Assembly: GCA_964016885.1 (NCBI GenBank)
Contig: OZ024745.1
Span: 94,798,001-94,862,000 of the forward strand
DNA length: 64,000 nucleotides
Source of the DNA: Eledone cirrhosa
Taxonomy: Eukaryota
Reading direction: 5' to 3'
Of the stretch, positions 1-14,400 are shown piece by piece (positions within the stretch are counted from its first letter, which is position 1; each line of letters starts with the position of its first letter). The notes below the pieces were generated by a model, which saw only the letters and a list, made by a program, of their open reading frames with translations, had not been told where the DNA came from and searched no databases. The position numbers and the translations under genes are program-made.

Positions 1-3000
1 AAGTAGAATGACGTAAACTATAATTTGACAGTGTAAAACAGATTCGAATAGAATGATGTAAACTATAATTTGACAGTGTAGAACAGATTCTAAGTTGAAT
101 GACGTAAAAGACAATTTGACAGTGTCGAACAGATTCTAAGTAGAATGACGTAAAATACAATTTGACAGTGTAGAACAGATTAGAAGTAGAATGACGTAAA
201 TTATAATTTGACAGTGTAGAACAAATTCTAAGTAGAATGACGTAAACTATCATTTGCTAGTGCAGAACAGATTCTTAGTAGAATGGCGTAAACTATAACT
301 TGACTGTGTAGAACAGATTATAAGTAGAATGATGTAAACTATCATTTGACAGTGTGGAACAGATTCTAAGTCGAATGACGGAAGAGACAATTGTACACTG
401 TAGAACATATTATAAGTAGAATGATGTGAAAGACAATTTGACAGTGTAGAACATATCATAAGCAGAATGATGTAAACTATAATTTGACAATGTAGAAGAG
501 ATTTTAAGTAGAATGACGTAACAGACAATTTGACTGTGTAGAACAGATTCTAAGTAGAATGACGTAAAAGACAATTTGACATTGTAGAAGAGATTCTAAG
601 CAGAATGACGTAAACTATGATTTGACTGTGTAGATCAGATTCTAAGTAGAATGACGTAAAAGACAATTTGACAGTGTAGAACAGATTCTAAGTAGAATGA
701 CGTAAAGTATAATTTGACAGTGTAGAACAGATTCTAAGTAGAATGACGTAAACTATAATGCCAGTGCAGTATAGATTTTAAGTAGAATGACATAACCTAT
801 AACTTGACTGTGTAGAACAGATTCTAAGTAGAATGACGTAAAATACAATTTGACAGTGTACAACAGATTATAAGTAGAACGACGTAAACTATAATTTGAC
901 AGTGTAGAACAGATTTTAAGTAGAATAAGGTAACTGATAATTTGACTGTGTAGAACAGATTCTAAGTAGAATGACGTAAAAGAAAATTTGACAGTGTTGA
1001 ACAGATTCTAAGCAGAATGACGTAAACTATAATTTGACTGTGTAGAACATATTTTACGTCGAATGAAGTAACAGACAATTTGACAGTGTAGAACAGATTC
1101 TAAGTAGAATGACGTAAACTATAATATCCCAAGGTAGAACAGATTCGAAGTAGAATGACGTAAACAATAATTTGACATTGTAAAACAGATTCGAATAGAA
1201 TGATGTAAACTATAATTTGACAGTGTAGAACAGATTTTAAGTAGAATTACGTAACAGACAACTTGACAGTGTAGAAGAGATTCTAAGTAGAATGACGTAA
1301 ACTATAATTTGCCAGTGCAGAATAGATTTTAACTCGAATGACGTAAAATAGAATTTGACAGTGTAGAACAGATTTTAAGTAGAACGACGTAAACTATAAT
1401 TTGACAGTGTAGGACAGATTCTAAGTAGAATGACGTAAAAGAAAATTTGACGGTGTAAAACAGATTCGAATAGAATGATGTAAACTATAATTTGACAGTG
1501 TAGAACAGATTCTAAGTAGAATGACGTAACAGACAATTTGACAGTGTAGAACAGATTCTAAGTAGAATGACGTAAAAGACAATTTGCCAGTGTAGAAGAG
1601 ATTGTAAGTTGAATGACGTAAAAGATAATTTGACAGTGTAGAACAGATTCTAATTAGAATGACGCAAAAGGCAATTTGACAGTGTCGAACAGATTCTAAG
1701 TAGAATGACGTAAAATACAATTTGACAGTTTAGAACAGATTATAAGTAGAACGACGTAAACTATAATTTGACAGTGTAGAACAGATTCTAAGTAGAATGA
1801 CGTAAATTATCATTTGACAGTGTCGAACAAATTCTAATAGAATGATGTAAACTATAATTTGACAATGTAGAAGAGATTTTAAGTCGAATGACGTAACAGA
1901 CAACTTGACTGTGTAGAAGAGATTCTAAGTAGAATGATGTAAATGACAACTTGACAGTGTAGAAGAGACTCTAAGTAGAATGACGTAAACTATAATTTGC
2001 CAGTGCAGAATAGATTTTAAGTAGAATGACGTAAAATACAATTTGACAGTGTAGAACAGATTTTAAGTAGAACGACGTAAACTATAATTTGACAGTGTAG
2101 GACAGATTCTAAGTAGAATGACGTAAATTATAATTTGACAGCGTAGAACAAATTCTAAGTAGATTGACGTAAACAATCATTTGCTAGTACAGAACAGATT
2201 ATTAGTAGAATGGCGTAAACTATAATTTGACAGTGTAGATCAGATTCTAAGGAGAATGACGTAAAAGAAAATTTGACAGTTTAGAACAAATACTAAGTAG
2301 AATGACGTAAACTATAATTTGATAGTGTACAACAGATTCTAATTAGAATGACGGAAAAGACAATTTGATAGTGTAGAACAGATTATAAGTAGAATGACGT
2401 AAACTATAATTTGACAGTGTAGAACAGATTCTAATAGAATGATGTAAACTATAATTTGACAATGGAGAACAGATTTTAAGTAGAATGACGTAACAGACAA
2501 TTTGACTGTGTAGAACAGATTCTAAGTAGAATTACGTAAAAGACAATTTGACAGTGTAGAACAGATTCCAAGTAGAATGACGTAAACTATAACTTGACTG
2601 TGTAGAACAGATTCTAAGTAGAATGATGTAAACTATCATTTGACTGTGTGGAACAGATTCTAAGTCGAATGACGGAAGAGACAATTGTACACTGTAGAAC
2701 ATATTATAAGTAGAATGATGTGAAAGACAATTTGACAGTGTAGAACATATCATAAGCAGAATGAGGTAAACTATAATTTGACAGTGTAGATTAGATTCTA
2801 AGTAGAATGACGTAAAAGACAATTTGACATTGTAGAACAGATTCTAAGTAGAATGACGTAAACTATTATTTGATAGTGTAGAACAGATTCAAATTAGAAT
2901 GACGTAAAAGACAATTTGACAGTGTAGAACAGATTATAAGTAGAATGACGTAAACTATAATTTGACAGTGTGGAACAGATTCCAAGTAGAATGACGTATG

Positions 3001-3639
3001 AAGTAACATACAATTTGAAAGTTTAGAAGAGACAATTTGACAGTTTAGAACAGATTACAAGTAGAATGACGTAAACTATAATTTGACAGTGTAAAACAGA
3101 TTCGAATAGAATGATGTAAACTATAATTTGACAGTGTAGAACAGATTCTAAGTAGAATGACGTAAACGACAATTTGACAGTGTAGAACAGATTCCAAGTA
3201 GAATGACGTAAACTATAATTTGACAGTGTAGATCAGATTCTAAGCAGAATGACGTAAATTATAATTTGCCAGTGCAAAACAGATTTTAAGTAGAACGACG
3301 TAAAAGAAAATTTGATAGATTAGTACAGATTCTAAGTCGAATGACGTAAACTATAATTTGACAGTGTAGAACAGATTCTAAGTAGAATGACGTAAAAGAG
3401 AATTTGTCTGTGTAGAATTGATTCTAATTAGAGTGACGTAAACTATAATTGACGGTGTAGAACAGATTCTAATTAGAGTGACGTAAACTATAATTGACCG
3501 TGTAGAACAGATTCTAATTAGAATGACGTAAACTATAATTTGACAGTGTAGAACACATTATGAGTAGAACGACGGAAACTATAATTTGACAGTGTAGAAC
3601 AGATTCTAAGTTGAATTACGTAAAAGAGAATTTGTCTGT

Positions 3640-6600
3640 GTAGAACAGATTCTAAGTAGAACGACGTAAAAGAAAATTTGATAGAGTAGAACAGATTCTA
3701 AGTCGAATGACGTAAACTATAATTTTATAGTGTAGAACAGAATCTAATTAGAATAACGTAAATACAATTTGACAGTGTAGAAGAGAATCTAAGGAGAATG
3801 ACGTAAGTGATAATTTGACAGCGTAGAACAAATTCTAAATAGATTGATGTAAACTATCATTTGCTAGTGCAGAACAGATTCTTAGTAGAATGGCGTAAAC
3901 TATAATTTGACAGTGTAGAACAGATTCTAATAGACTGATGTAAACTATAATTTGACAGTGTAGATCAGATTCTAAGTAGAATGACGTAAAAGACAATTTG
4001 ACAGTGTAGAACAGATTCTAAGTAGAATGACTTAAAAGAAAATTTGACACTGTAGAACAGATTCTAAGTAGAATGACGTAAAAGACAATTTGACAGCGTA
4101 TAACAGATTATAAGTAGAACGACGTAAACCATAATTTGACAGTGTAGACCAGATTCTAAGCAGAATGACGCAAACTATAATTTTACTGTGTAGGACAGAT
4201 TCTAAGTCGAATGACGTAAACTATCATATGACAGGGTGGAACAGATTCTAAGTCGAATGACGTAACAGACAATTTGACAGTGTAGAACATATTCTAAGTA
4301 GAATGACGTAAACTATAATTTCCCAGAGCAGAACAGATTCGAAGTAGAATGACGTAAACTAAAATTTGACAGTGTAAAACAGATTCTAATCAGAATGACA
4401 TAAAAGACAATTTGTTAGTGTAGAACAGATTCTAAGTAGAAAGACGTTAACTATAATTTGACAGTGTAAAACAAATTCGAATAGAATGATGTAAACTATA
4501 ATTTGACAGTGTAGAACAGATTCTCGGTAGAATGACGTAACAGACAATTTGACAGTGTAGAACAGATTCTAAGTAGAATGACGCAAAAGACAATTTGCCA
4601 GTGTAGAAGAGATTCTAAGTTGAATGACGTAAAAGATAATTTGACAGTGTAGAACAGATTCTAATTAGAATGACGTAAAAGACAATTTGACAGTGTCGAA
4701 CAGATTCTAAGTAGAATGACGAAAATACAATTTGACAGTGTAGAACAGAGTATAAGTAGAACGACGTAAATTATAATTTGACAGTATAGAGCAAATTCTA
4801 AGTAGAATGATGTAAATGACAATTTGACAGTGTAGAAGAGATTCTAAGCAGAATTACGTAAATTATGATTTGACAGGGTAGATCAGATTCTAAGTAGAAT
4901 GACGTAAAAGACAATTTGACAGTGTAGAACTGATTCTAAGTAGAATGACGTAATCTATAATTTGACAGTGTAGAACAGATTATAAGTAGAACGACGTAAA
5001 AGAAAATTTGATAGAGTAGAACAGATTCTAAGTCGAATGGCGTAGTAAACTATAATTTTATAGTGTGGAACAGATTCTAAGAAGAGCGACGTAAACTATA
5101 TTTTGACAGTGTAGAACAGAATCTAATTAGAATAACGTAAATACAATTTGACAGTGTAGAAGAGATTCTAAGGAGAATGACGTAAGTGATAATTTGACAG
5201 CGTTGATCAGATTCTAAGCAGAATGACGTAAAAGACAATTTGACAGTGTAGAACAGATTCCAAGTAGAATGACGTAAACTATAATTTGACAGTGTAGATC
5301 AGATTCTAAGCAGAATGACGTAAAAGACAATTTGACTGTGTAGAACAGATTCTAAGTAAAATGACGTAAATTATAATTTGCCAGTGCAGAACAGATTTTA
5401 AGCAGAATGACGTAAACTATAATTTGACAGCGTAGAACAGATTCTAAATAGAATGACGTAAATACAATTTGACAGTGTAGAACAGATTCTAAGTAGAATG
5501 ACTTAAAAGAAAATTTGACACTGTAGAACAGATTCTAAGTAGAATGACGTAAAAGACAATTTGACAGTGTATAACAGATTATAAGTAGAACGACGTAAAC
5601 TAAAATTTGACAGTGTAGACCAGATTCTAAGCAGAATGACGCAAACTATAATTTGACTGTGTAGGACAGATTCTAAGTAGAATGACGTAAAGTATCATAT
5701 GACAGGTTGGAACAGATTCTAAGTCGAATGACGTAACAGACAATTTGACAGTGTAGAACATATTCTAAGTAGAATGACGTAAACTATAATTTCCCAGAGC
5801 AGAACAGATTCGAAGTAGAATGACGTAAACTATAATTTGACAGTGTAAAACAGATTCTGATCAGAATGACGTAACAGACAATTTGACAGTGTGGAACAGA
5901 TTCTATGTAGGATGACGTAACAGACAATTTGACAGTGTAGAACAGATTCTAAGTAGAATGTCGTAAAAGACAATTTTACTGTGTGGAACAGATTCTAAGT
6001 AGAAAGACGTAACTGACAATTTAACAGTGTGGAACAGATTCTATGTAGGATGACGTAACAGACAATTTGACAATCTAGAACAGATTCTAAGTCGAATGAC
6101 GTAAACTATAATTTGACAGTGTAGAACAGATTCTACGTAGAATGACGTAAACTATAATTTGACAGTGTAGAACAGATTCTAAATAGAATTACGTAAAAGA
6201 GAATTTGACAGTGTAGAACAGATTCCAAGTAGAATAACGTAAACTATAATTTGACAGTGTAGATCAGATTCTAAGCAGAATGACGTAAAAGACAATTTGA
6301 CAATGTAGAACATATTCTAAGTAGAATGACGTAAACTAAAATTTAACAGTGTAAAACAGATTCGAATAGAATGATGTAAACTATAATTTGACAGTGTAGA
6401 ACAGATTCTAATTAGAATGACGTAAAAGACAATTTGCCAGTGTAGAAGAGATTCTAAGTTGAATGACGTAAAAGATAATTTGACAATGTAGAACAGATTC
6501 TAATTAGAATGACGTAAAAGACAATTTGACAGTGTCGAACAGATTCTAAGTAGAATGACGTAAAATACAATTTGACAGTGTAGAACAGATTATAAGTAGA

Positions 6601-9600
6601 ACGACTTAAACTATAATTTGACAGTGCAGAACAGATTCTAAGTAGAATGAAGTAAATTATAATTTGACAGTGTAGAACAATCTCTAAGTAGAATGACGTA
6701 AACTATCATTTGCTAGTGCAGAACAGATTCTTAGTAGAATGCCGTAAACTATAATTTGACAATGTAGAAGAGATTTTAAGTAGAATGACGTAACAGACAA
6801 GTTGACTGTGTAGAACAGATTCTAAGTAGAATGATGTAAATGACAATTTGACAGAGTAGAACAGATTCTAAGTAGAATGACGTAAACTATAATTTGACAG
6901 TGTAGAACAGATTCTAAGTTGAATTACGTAAAAGAGAATCTGACAGTGTAGAACAGATTCCAAGTAGAATGACGTACACTCCAATTTGACAGTGTAGATC
7001 AGATTCAAAGCAGAATGACGTAAAAGATAATTTGACAGTGTAGAACAGATTCTAAGTAGAATGACGTAACAGACAATTTGACAGTGTAGAACAGATTCTA
7101 AGTAGAATGACGCAAAAGACAATTTGCCAGTGTAGAAGAGATTCTAAGTTGAATGACGTAAAAGATAATTTGACAGTGTAGAACAGATTCTAAGTAGAAT
7201 GACGAAAATACAATTTGACAGTGTAGAACAGATTCTAATAGAATGATGTAACCTATAATTTGACTATGGAGAACAGATTTTAAGTAGAATGCCTTAACAG
7301 ACAATTTGACTGTGTAGAACAGATTCTAAGTAGAATGACGTAAAAGACAATATGACAGTGTGGAACAGATTCCAAGTAGAATGACGTAAACTATAATTTG
7401 ACAGTGTAGATAAGATTCTAAGCAGAATGACGTAAAAGACAATTTGACAGTGTAGAACAGATTCTAAGTAGAATGACGTAAATTATAATTTGCCAGTGCA
7501 GAACAGATTTTAAGTAGAATGACGTAACCTATAGTTTGACAGCGTAGAACAGATTCTAAGTAGAACGACGTAAAAGAAAATTTGATAGAGTAGAACAGAT
7601 TCTAAGTCGAATGACGTAAACTATAATTTTATAGTGTAGAACAGAATCTAATTAGAATAACGTAAATACAATTTGACAGTGTAGAAGAGAATCTAAGGAG
7701 AATGACGTAAGTGATAATTTGACAGCGTAGAACAAATTCTAAATAGATTGATGTAAACTATCATTTGCTAGTGCAGAACAGATTCTTAGTAGAATGGCGT
7801 AAACTATAATTTGACAGTGTAGAACAGATTCTAATAGACTGATGTAAACTATAATTTGACAGTGTAGATCAGATTCTAAGTAGAATGACGTAAAAGACAA
7901 TTTGACAGTGTAGAACAGATTCTAAGTAGAATGACTTAAAAGAAAATTTGACACTGTAGAACAGATTCTAAGTAGAATGACGTAAAAGACAATTTGACAG
8001 CGTATAACAGATTATAAGTAGAACGACGTAAACCATAATTTGACAGTGTAGACCAGATTCTAAGCAGAATGACGCAAACTATAATTTTACTGTGTAGGAC
8101 AGATTCTAAGTCGAATGACGTAAACTATCATATGACAGGGTGGAACAGATTCTAAGTCGAATGACGTAACAGACAATTTGACAGTGTAGAACATATTCTA
8201 AGTAGAATGACGTAAACTATAATTTCCCAGAGCAGAACAGATTCGAAGTAGAATGACGTAAACTAAAATTTGACAGTGTAAAACAGATTCTAATCAGAAT
8301 GACATAAAAGACAATTTGTTAGTGTAGAACAGATTCTAAGTAGAAAGACGTTAACTATAATTTGACAGTGTAAAACAAATTCGAATAGAATGATGTAAAC
8401 TATAATTTGACAGTGTAGAACAGATTCTCGGTAGAATGACGTAACAGACAATTTGACAGTGTAGAACAGATTCTAAGTAGAATGACGCAAAAGACAATTT
8501 GCCAGTGTAGAAGAGATTCTAAGTTGAATGACGTAAAAGATAATTTGACAGTGTAGAACAGATTCTAATTAGAATGACGTAAAAGACAATTTGACAGTGT
8601 CGAACAGATTCTAAGTAGAATGACGAAAATACAATTTGACAGTGTAGAACAGAGTATAAGTAGAACGACGTAAATTATAATTTGACAGTATAGAGCAAAT
8701 TCTAAGTAGAATGATGTAAATGACAATTTGACAGTGTAGAAGAGATTCTAAGCAGAATTACGTAAATTATGATTTGACAGGGTAGATCAGATTCTAAGTA
8801 GAATGACGTAAAAGACAATTTGACAGTGTAGAACTGATTCTAAGTAGAATGACGTAATCTATAATTTGACAGTGTAGAACAGATTATAAGTAGAACGACG
8901 TAAAAGAAAATTTGATAGAGTAGAACAGATTCTAAGTCGAATGGCGTAGTAAACTATAATTTTATAGTGTGGAACAGATTCTAAGAAGAGCGACGTAAAC
9001 TATATTTTGACAGTGTAGAACAGAATCTAATTAGAATAACGTAAATACAATTTGACAGTGTAGAAGAGATTCTAAGGAGAATGACGTAAGTGATAATTTG
9101 ACAGCGTTGATCAGATTCTAAGCAGAATGACGTAAAAGACAATTTGACAGTGTAGAACAGATTCCAAGTAGAATGACGTAAACTATAATTTGACAGTGTA
9201 GATCAGATTCTAAGCAGAATGACGTAAAAGACAATTTGACTGTGTAGAACAGATTCTAAGTAAAATGACGTAAATTATAATTTGCCAGTGCAGAACAGAT
9301 TTTAAGCAGAATGACGTAAACTATAATTTGACAGCGTAGAACAGATTCTAAATAGAATGACGTAAATACAATTTGACAGTGTAGAACAGATTCTAAGTAG
9401 AATGACTTAAAAGAAAATTTGACACTGTAGAACAGATTCTAAGTAGAATGACGTAAAAGACAATTTGACAGTGTATAACAGATTATAAGTAGAACGACGT
9501 AAACTAAAATTTGACAGTGTAGACCAGATTCTAAGCAGAATGACGCAAACTATAATTTGACTGTGTAGGACAGATTCTAAGTAGAATGACGTAAAGTATC

Positions 9601-11463
9601 ATATGACAGGTTGGAACAGATTCTAAGTCGAATGACGTAACAGACAATTTGACAGTGTAGAACATATTCTAAGTAGAATGACGTAAACTATAATTTCCCA
9701 GAGCAGAACAGATTCGAAGTAGAATGACGTAAACTATAATTTGACAGTGTAAAACAGATTCTGATCAGAATGACGTAACAGACAATTTGACAGTGTGGAA
9801 CAGATTCTATGTAGGATGACGTAACAGACAATTTGACAGTGTAGAACAGATTCTAAGTAGAATGTCGTAAAAGACAATTTTACTGTGTGGAACAGATTCT
9901 AAGTAGAAAGACGTAACTGACAATTTAACAGTGTGGAACAGATTCTATGTAGGATGACGTAACAGACAATTTGACAATCTAGAACAGATTCTAAGTCGAA
10001 TGACGTAAACTATAATTTGACAGTGTAGAACAGATTCTACGTAGAATGACGTAAACTATAATTTGACAGTGTAGAACAGATTCTAAATAGAATTACGTAA
10101 AAGAGAATTTGACAGTGTAGAACAGATTCCAAGTAGAATAACGTAAACTATAATTTGACAGTGTAGATCAGATTCTAAGCAGAATGACGTAAAAGACAAT
10201 TTGACAATGTAGAACATATTCTAAGTAGAATGACGTAAACTAAAATTTAACAGTGTAAAACAGATTCGAATAGAATGATGTAAACTATAATTTGACAGTG
10301 TAGAACAGATTCTAATTAGAATGACGTAAAAGACAATTTGCCAGTGTAGAAGAGATTCTAAGTTGAATGACGTAAAAGATAATTTGACAATGTAGAACAG
10401 ATTCTAATTAGAATGACGTAAAAGACAATTTGACAGTGTCGAACAGATTCTAAGTAGAATGACGTAAAATACAATTTGACAGTGTAGAACAGATTATAAG
10501 TAGAACGACTTAAACTATAATTTGACAGTGCAGAACAGATTCTAAGTAGAATGAAGTAAATTATAATTTGACAGTGTAGAACAATCTCTAAGTAGAATGA
10601 CGTAAACTATCATTTGCTAGTGCAGAACAGATTCTTAGTAGAATGCCGTAAACTATAATTTGACAATGTAGAAGAGATTTTAAGTAGAATGACGTAACAG
10701 ACAAGTTGACTGTGTAGAACAGATTCTAAGTAGAATGATGTAAATGACAATTTGACAGAGTAGAACAGATTCTAAGTAGAATGACGTAAACTATAATTTG
10801 ACAGTGTAGAACAGATTCTAAGTTGAATTACGTAAAAGAGAATCTGACAGTGTAGAACAGATTCCAAGTAGAATGACGTACACTCCAATTTGACAGTGTA
10901 GATCAGATTCAAAGCAGAATGACGTAAAAGATAATTTGACAGTGTAGAACAGATTCTAAGTAGAATGACGTAACAGACAATTTGACAGTGTAGAACAGAT
11001 TCTAAGTAGAATGACGCAAAAGACAATTTGCCAGTGTAGAAGAGATTCTAAGTTGAATGACGTAAAAGATAATTTGACAGTGTAGAACAGATTCTAAGTA
11101 GAATGACGAAAATACAATTTGACAGTGTAGAACAGATTCTAATAGAATGATGTAACCTATAATTTGACTATGGAGAACAGATTTTAAGTAGAATGCCTTA
11201 ACAGACAATTTGACTGTGTAGAACAGATTCTAAGTAGAATGACGTAAAAGACAATATGACAGTGTGGAACAGATTCCAAGTAGAATGACGTAAACTATAA
11301 TTTGACAGTGTAGATAAGATTCTAAGCAGAATGACGTAAAAGACAATTTGACAGTGTAGAACAGATTCTAAGTAGAATGACGTAAATTATAATTTGCCAG
11401 TGCAGAACAGATTTTAAGTAGAATGACGTAACCTATAGTTTGACAGCGTAGAACAGATTCTAA
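3640..11463. repeat. Tandem duplication of a 3,904-bp (~85-monomer) block within the satellite
   Basis: Rare markers recur at exactly +3,904: CGTAGTAAAC at 5041/8945; TCCCAGAGC at 4321/8225 and 5792/9696; identical ORFs at 6868/10772 and 7098/11002. Confidence 0.95.
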
Positions 11464-14400
11464 CTAGAATGACGTAAAAGACAATTTGACGGTGTAGAAC
11501 AGATTCTAAGTAGAATGACTTAAAAGAAAAATTGACACTGTAGAACAGATTCTAAGTAGAATGACGTAGAAGAAAATTTGACAGTGTATAACAGATTATA
11601 AGTAGAACGACGTAAACTATAATTTGACAGTGTAGAACAGATTCTAAGCAGAATGACGCAAACTATAATTTGACTGTGTAGGACAGATTCTAAGTAGAAT
11701 GACGTAAACTATCATTTGACAGGGTGGAACAGATTCTAAGTCGAATGACGTAACAGAGAATTTGACAGTGTAGAACATATTCTAAGTAGAATGACGAAAA
11801 CTATAATTTCCCAGAGCAGAACAGATTCGAAGTAGAATGACGTAAACTATAATTTGACAGTGTAAAACAGATTCTGATCTGAATGACGTAACAGACAATT
11901 TGAATGTGTAGAACAGATTCTAAATAGATTGACGTAACTGACTATTTGACAGTGTGGAACAGATTCTATGTAGGATGACGTAACAGACAATTTGACAGTG
12001 TAGAACAGATTCTAAGAAGAATGTCGTAAAAGACAATTTTACTGTGTGGAACAGATTCTAAGTAGAAAGACGTAACTGACAATTTAACAGTGTGGAACAG
12101 ATTCTATGTAGGATGACGTAACAGACAATTTGACAGTCTAGAACAGATTCTAAGTAGAATGACGTAAACTATAATTTGGCAGTATAGAACAGATTCTAAT
12201 CAGAATGACATAAATGACAACTTGAGAGTGTAGAACAGATTCTAAGTAGAACGACGTAAAAGAAAATTTGATAGTGTAGAACAGATTCTAAGCAGAATGA
12301 CGTAAAAGACAATTTGACAATGTAGAACATATTCTAAGTAGAATGACGTAAACTATAATTTGACAGTGTAGAAGAGATTCTAAATAGAATTACGTAAAAG
12401 AGAATTTGACAGTGTAGAACAGATTCCAAGTAGAATAACGTAAACTATAATTTGACAGTGTAGATCAGATTCTAAGCAGAATGACGTAAAAGACAATTTG
12501 ACAATGTAGAACATATTCTAAGTAGAATGACGTAAACTAAAATTTGACAGTGTAAAACAGATTCGAATAGAATGATGTAAACTATAATTTGACAGTGTAG
12601 AACAGATTCTAATAAGAATGACGTAAAAGACAATTTGCCAGTGTAGAAGAGATTCTAAGTTGAATGACGTAAAAGATAATTTGGCAATGTAGAACAGATT
12701 CTAATTAGAATGACGTAAAAGACAATTTGACAGTGTCGAACAGATTCTAAGTAGAATGACGTAAAATACAATTTGACAGTGTAGAACAGATTATAAGTAG
12801 AACGACTTAAACTATAATTTAACAGTGTAGAACAGATTCTAAGTAGAATGACGTAAATTATAATTTGACAGTGTAGAACAAATTCTAAGTAGAATGACGT
12901 AAACTATCATTTGGTAGTGCAGAACAGATTCTTAGTAGAATGCCGTAAACTATATTTTGACAATGTAGAAGAGATTTTAAGTAGAATGACGTAACAGACA
13001 ACTTGACTGTGTAGAACAGATTCTAAGTAGAATGATGTAAATGACAATTTGACAGTGTAGAACAGATTCTAAGTAGAATGACGTAAACTATAATTTGACA
13101 GTGTAGAACAGATTCTAAGTTGAATTACGTAAAAGAGAATCTGACAGTGTAGAACAGATGCCAAGTAGAATGACGTACACTCCAATTTGACAGTGTAGAT
13201 CAGATTCAAAGCAGAATGACGTAAAAGACAATTTGACAGTGTAGAACAGATTCTAAGTAGAATGACGTAAACTATAATTTGACAGTGTAAAACAGATTCG
13301 AATAGAATGATGTAAACTATAATTTGACAGTGTAGAACAGATTATAAGTAGAACGACGTAAACTATAATTTGACAGTGTAGAACAGATTCTAAGCAGAAT
13401 GACGCAAACTATAATTTCACTGTGTAGGACAGATTCTAAGTAGAATGACGTAAACTATCATTTGACAGGGTGGAGCAGATTCTAAGTCGAATGACGTAAC
13501 AGACAATTTGACAGTGTAGAACATATTCTAAGTAGAATGACGTAAACTATAATTTCCCAGAGCAGAACAGATTCGAAGTAGAATGACGTAAACTATAATT
13601 TGACAGTGTAAAACAGATTCTAATCAGAATGACGTAACAGACAATTTGAATGTGTAGAACAGATTCTAAATAGAATGACGTAACTGACAATTTGACAGTG
13701 TGGAACAGATTCTATGTAGGATGACGTAACAGACAATTTGACAGTGTAGAACAGATTCTAAGTAGAATGTCGTAAAAGACAATTTTACTGTGTGGAACAG
13801 ATTCTAAGTTGAAAGACGTAACTGACAATTTAACAGTGTGGAACAGATTCTATTTAGGATGACGTAACAGACAATTTGACAATCTAGAAAAGATTCTAAG
13901 TAGAATGATGTAAAGTATAATTTTGGCAGTGTAGTACAGATTCTAATCAGAATGACATAAAAGACAATGTCAGAGTGTAGAACAGATTCTAAGTAGAACG
14001 ACGTTAACTATAATTTGACAGTGTAAAACAAATTCGAATAGAATGATGTAAACTATAATCTGACAGTGTAGAACAGATTCTAAGTAGAATGACGTAACAG
14101 ACAATTTGACAGTGTAGAACAGATTCTAAGTAGAATCACGCAAAAGACAATTTGCCAGTGTAGAAGAGATTCTAAGTTGAATGACCTAAAAGATAATTTG
14201 ACAGTGTAGAACAGATTCTAATTAGAATGACGTAAAAGACAATTTGACAGTGTCGAACAGATTCTAAGTAGAATGACGAAAATACAATTTGACAGTGTAG
14301 AACAGATTCTAATAGAATGATGTAACCTATAATTTGACAATGTAGAACAGATTTTAAGTAGAATGCCTTAACAGACAATTTGACTGTGTAGAACAGATTC

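Noticed and set aside
27-60. GACAGTG resembling the V(D)J RSS heptamer CACAGTG
   Set aside because: The essential CAC is missing and there is no ACAAAAACC nonamer at 12 or 23 bp.
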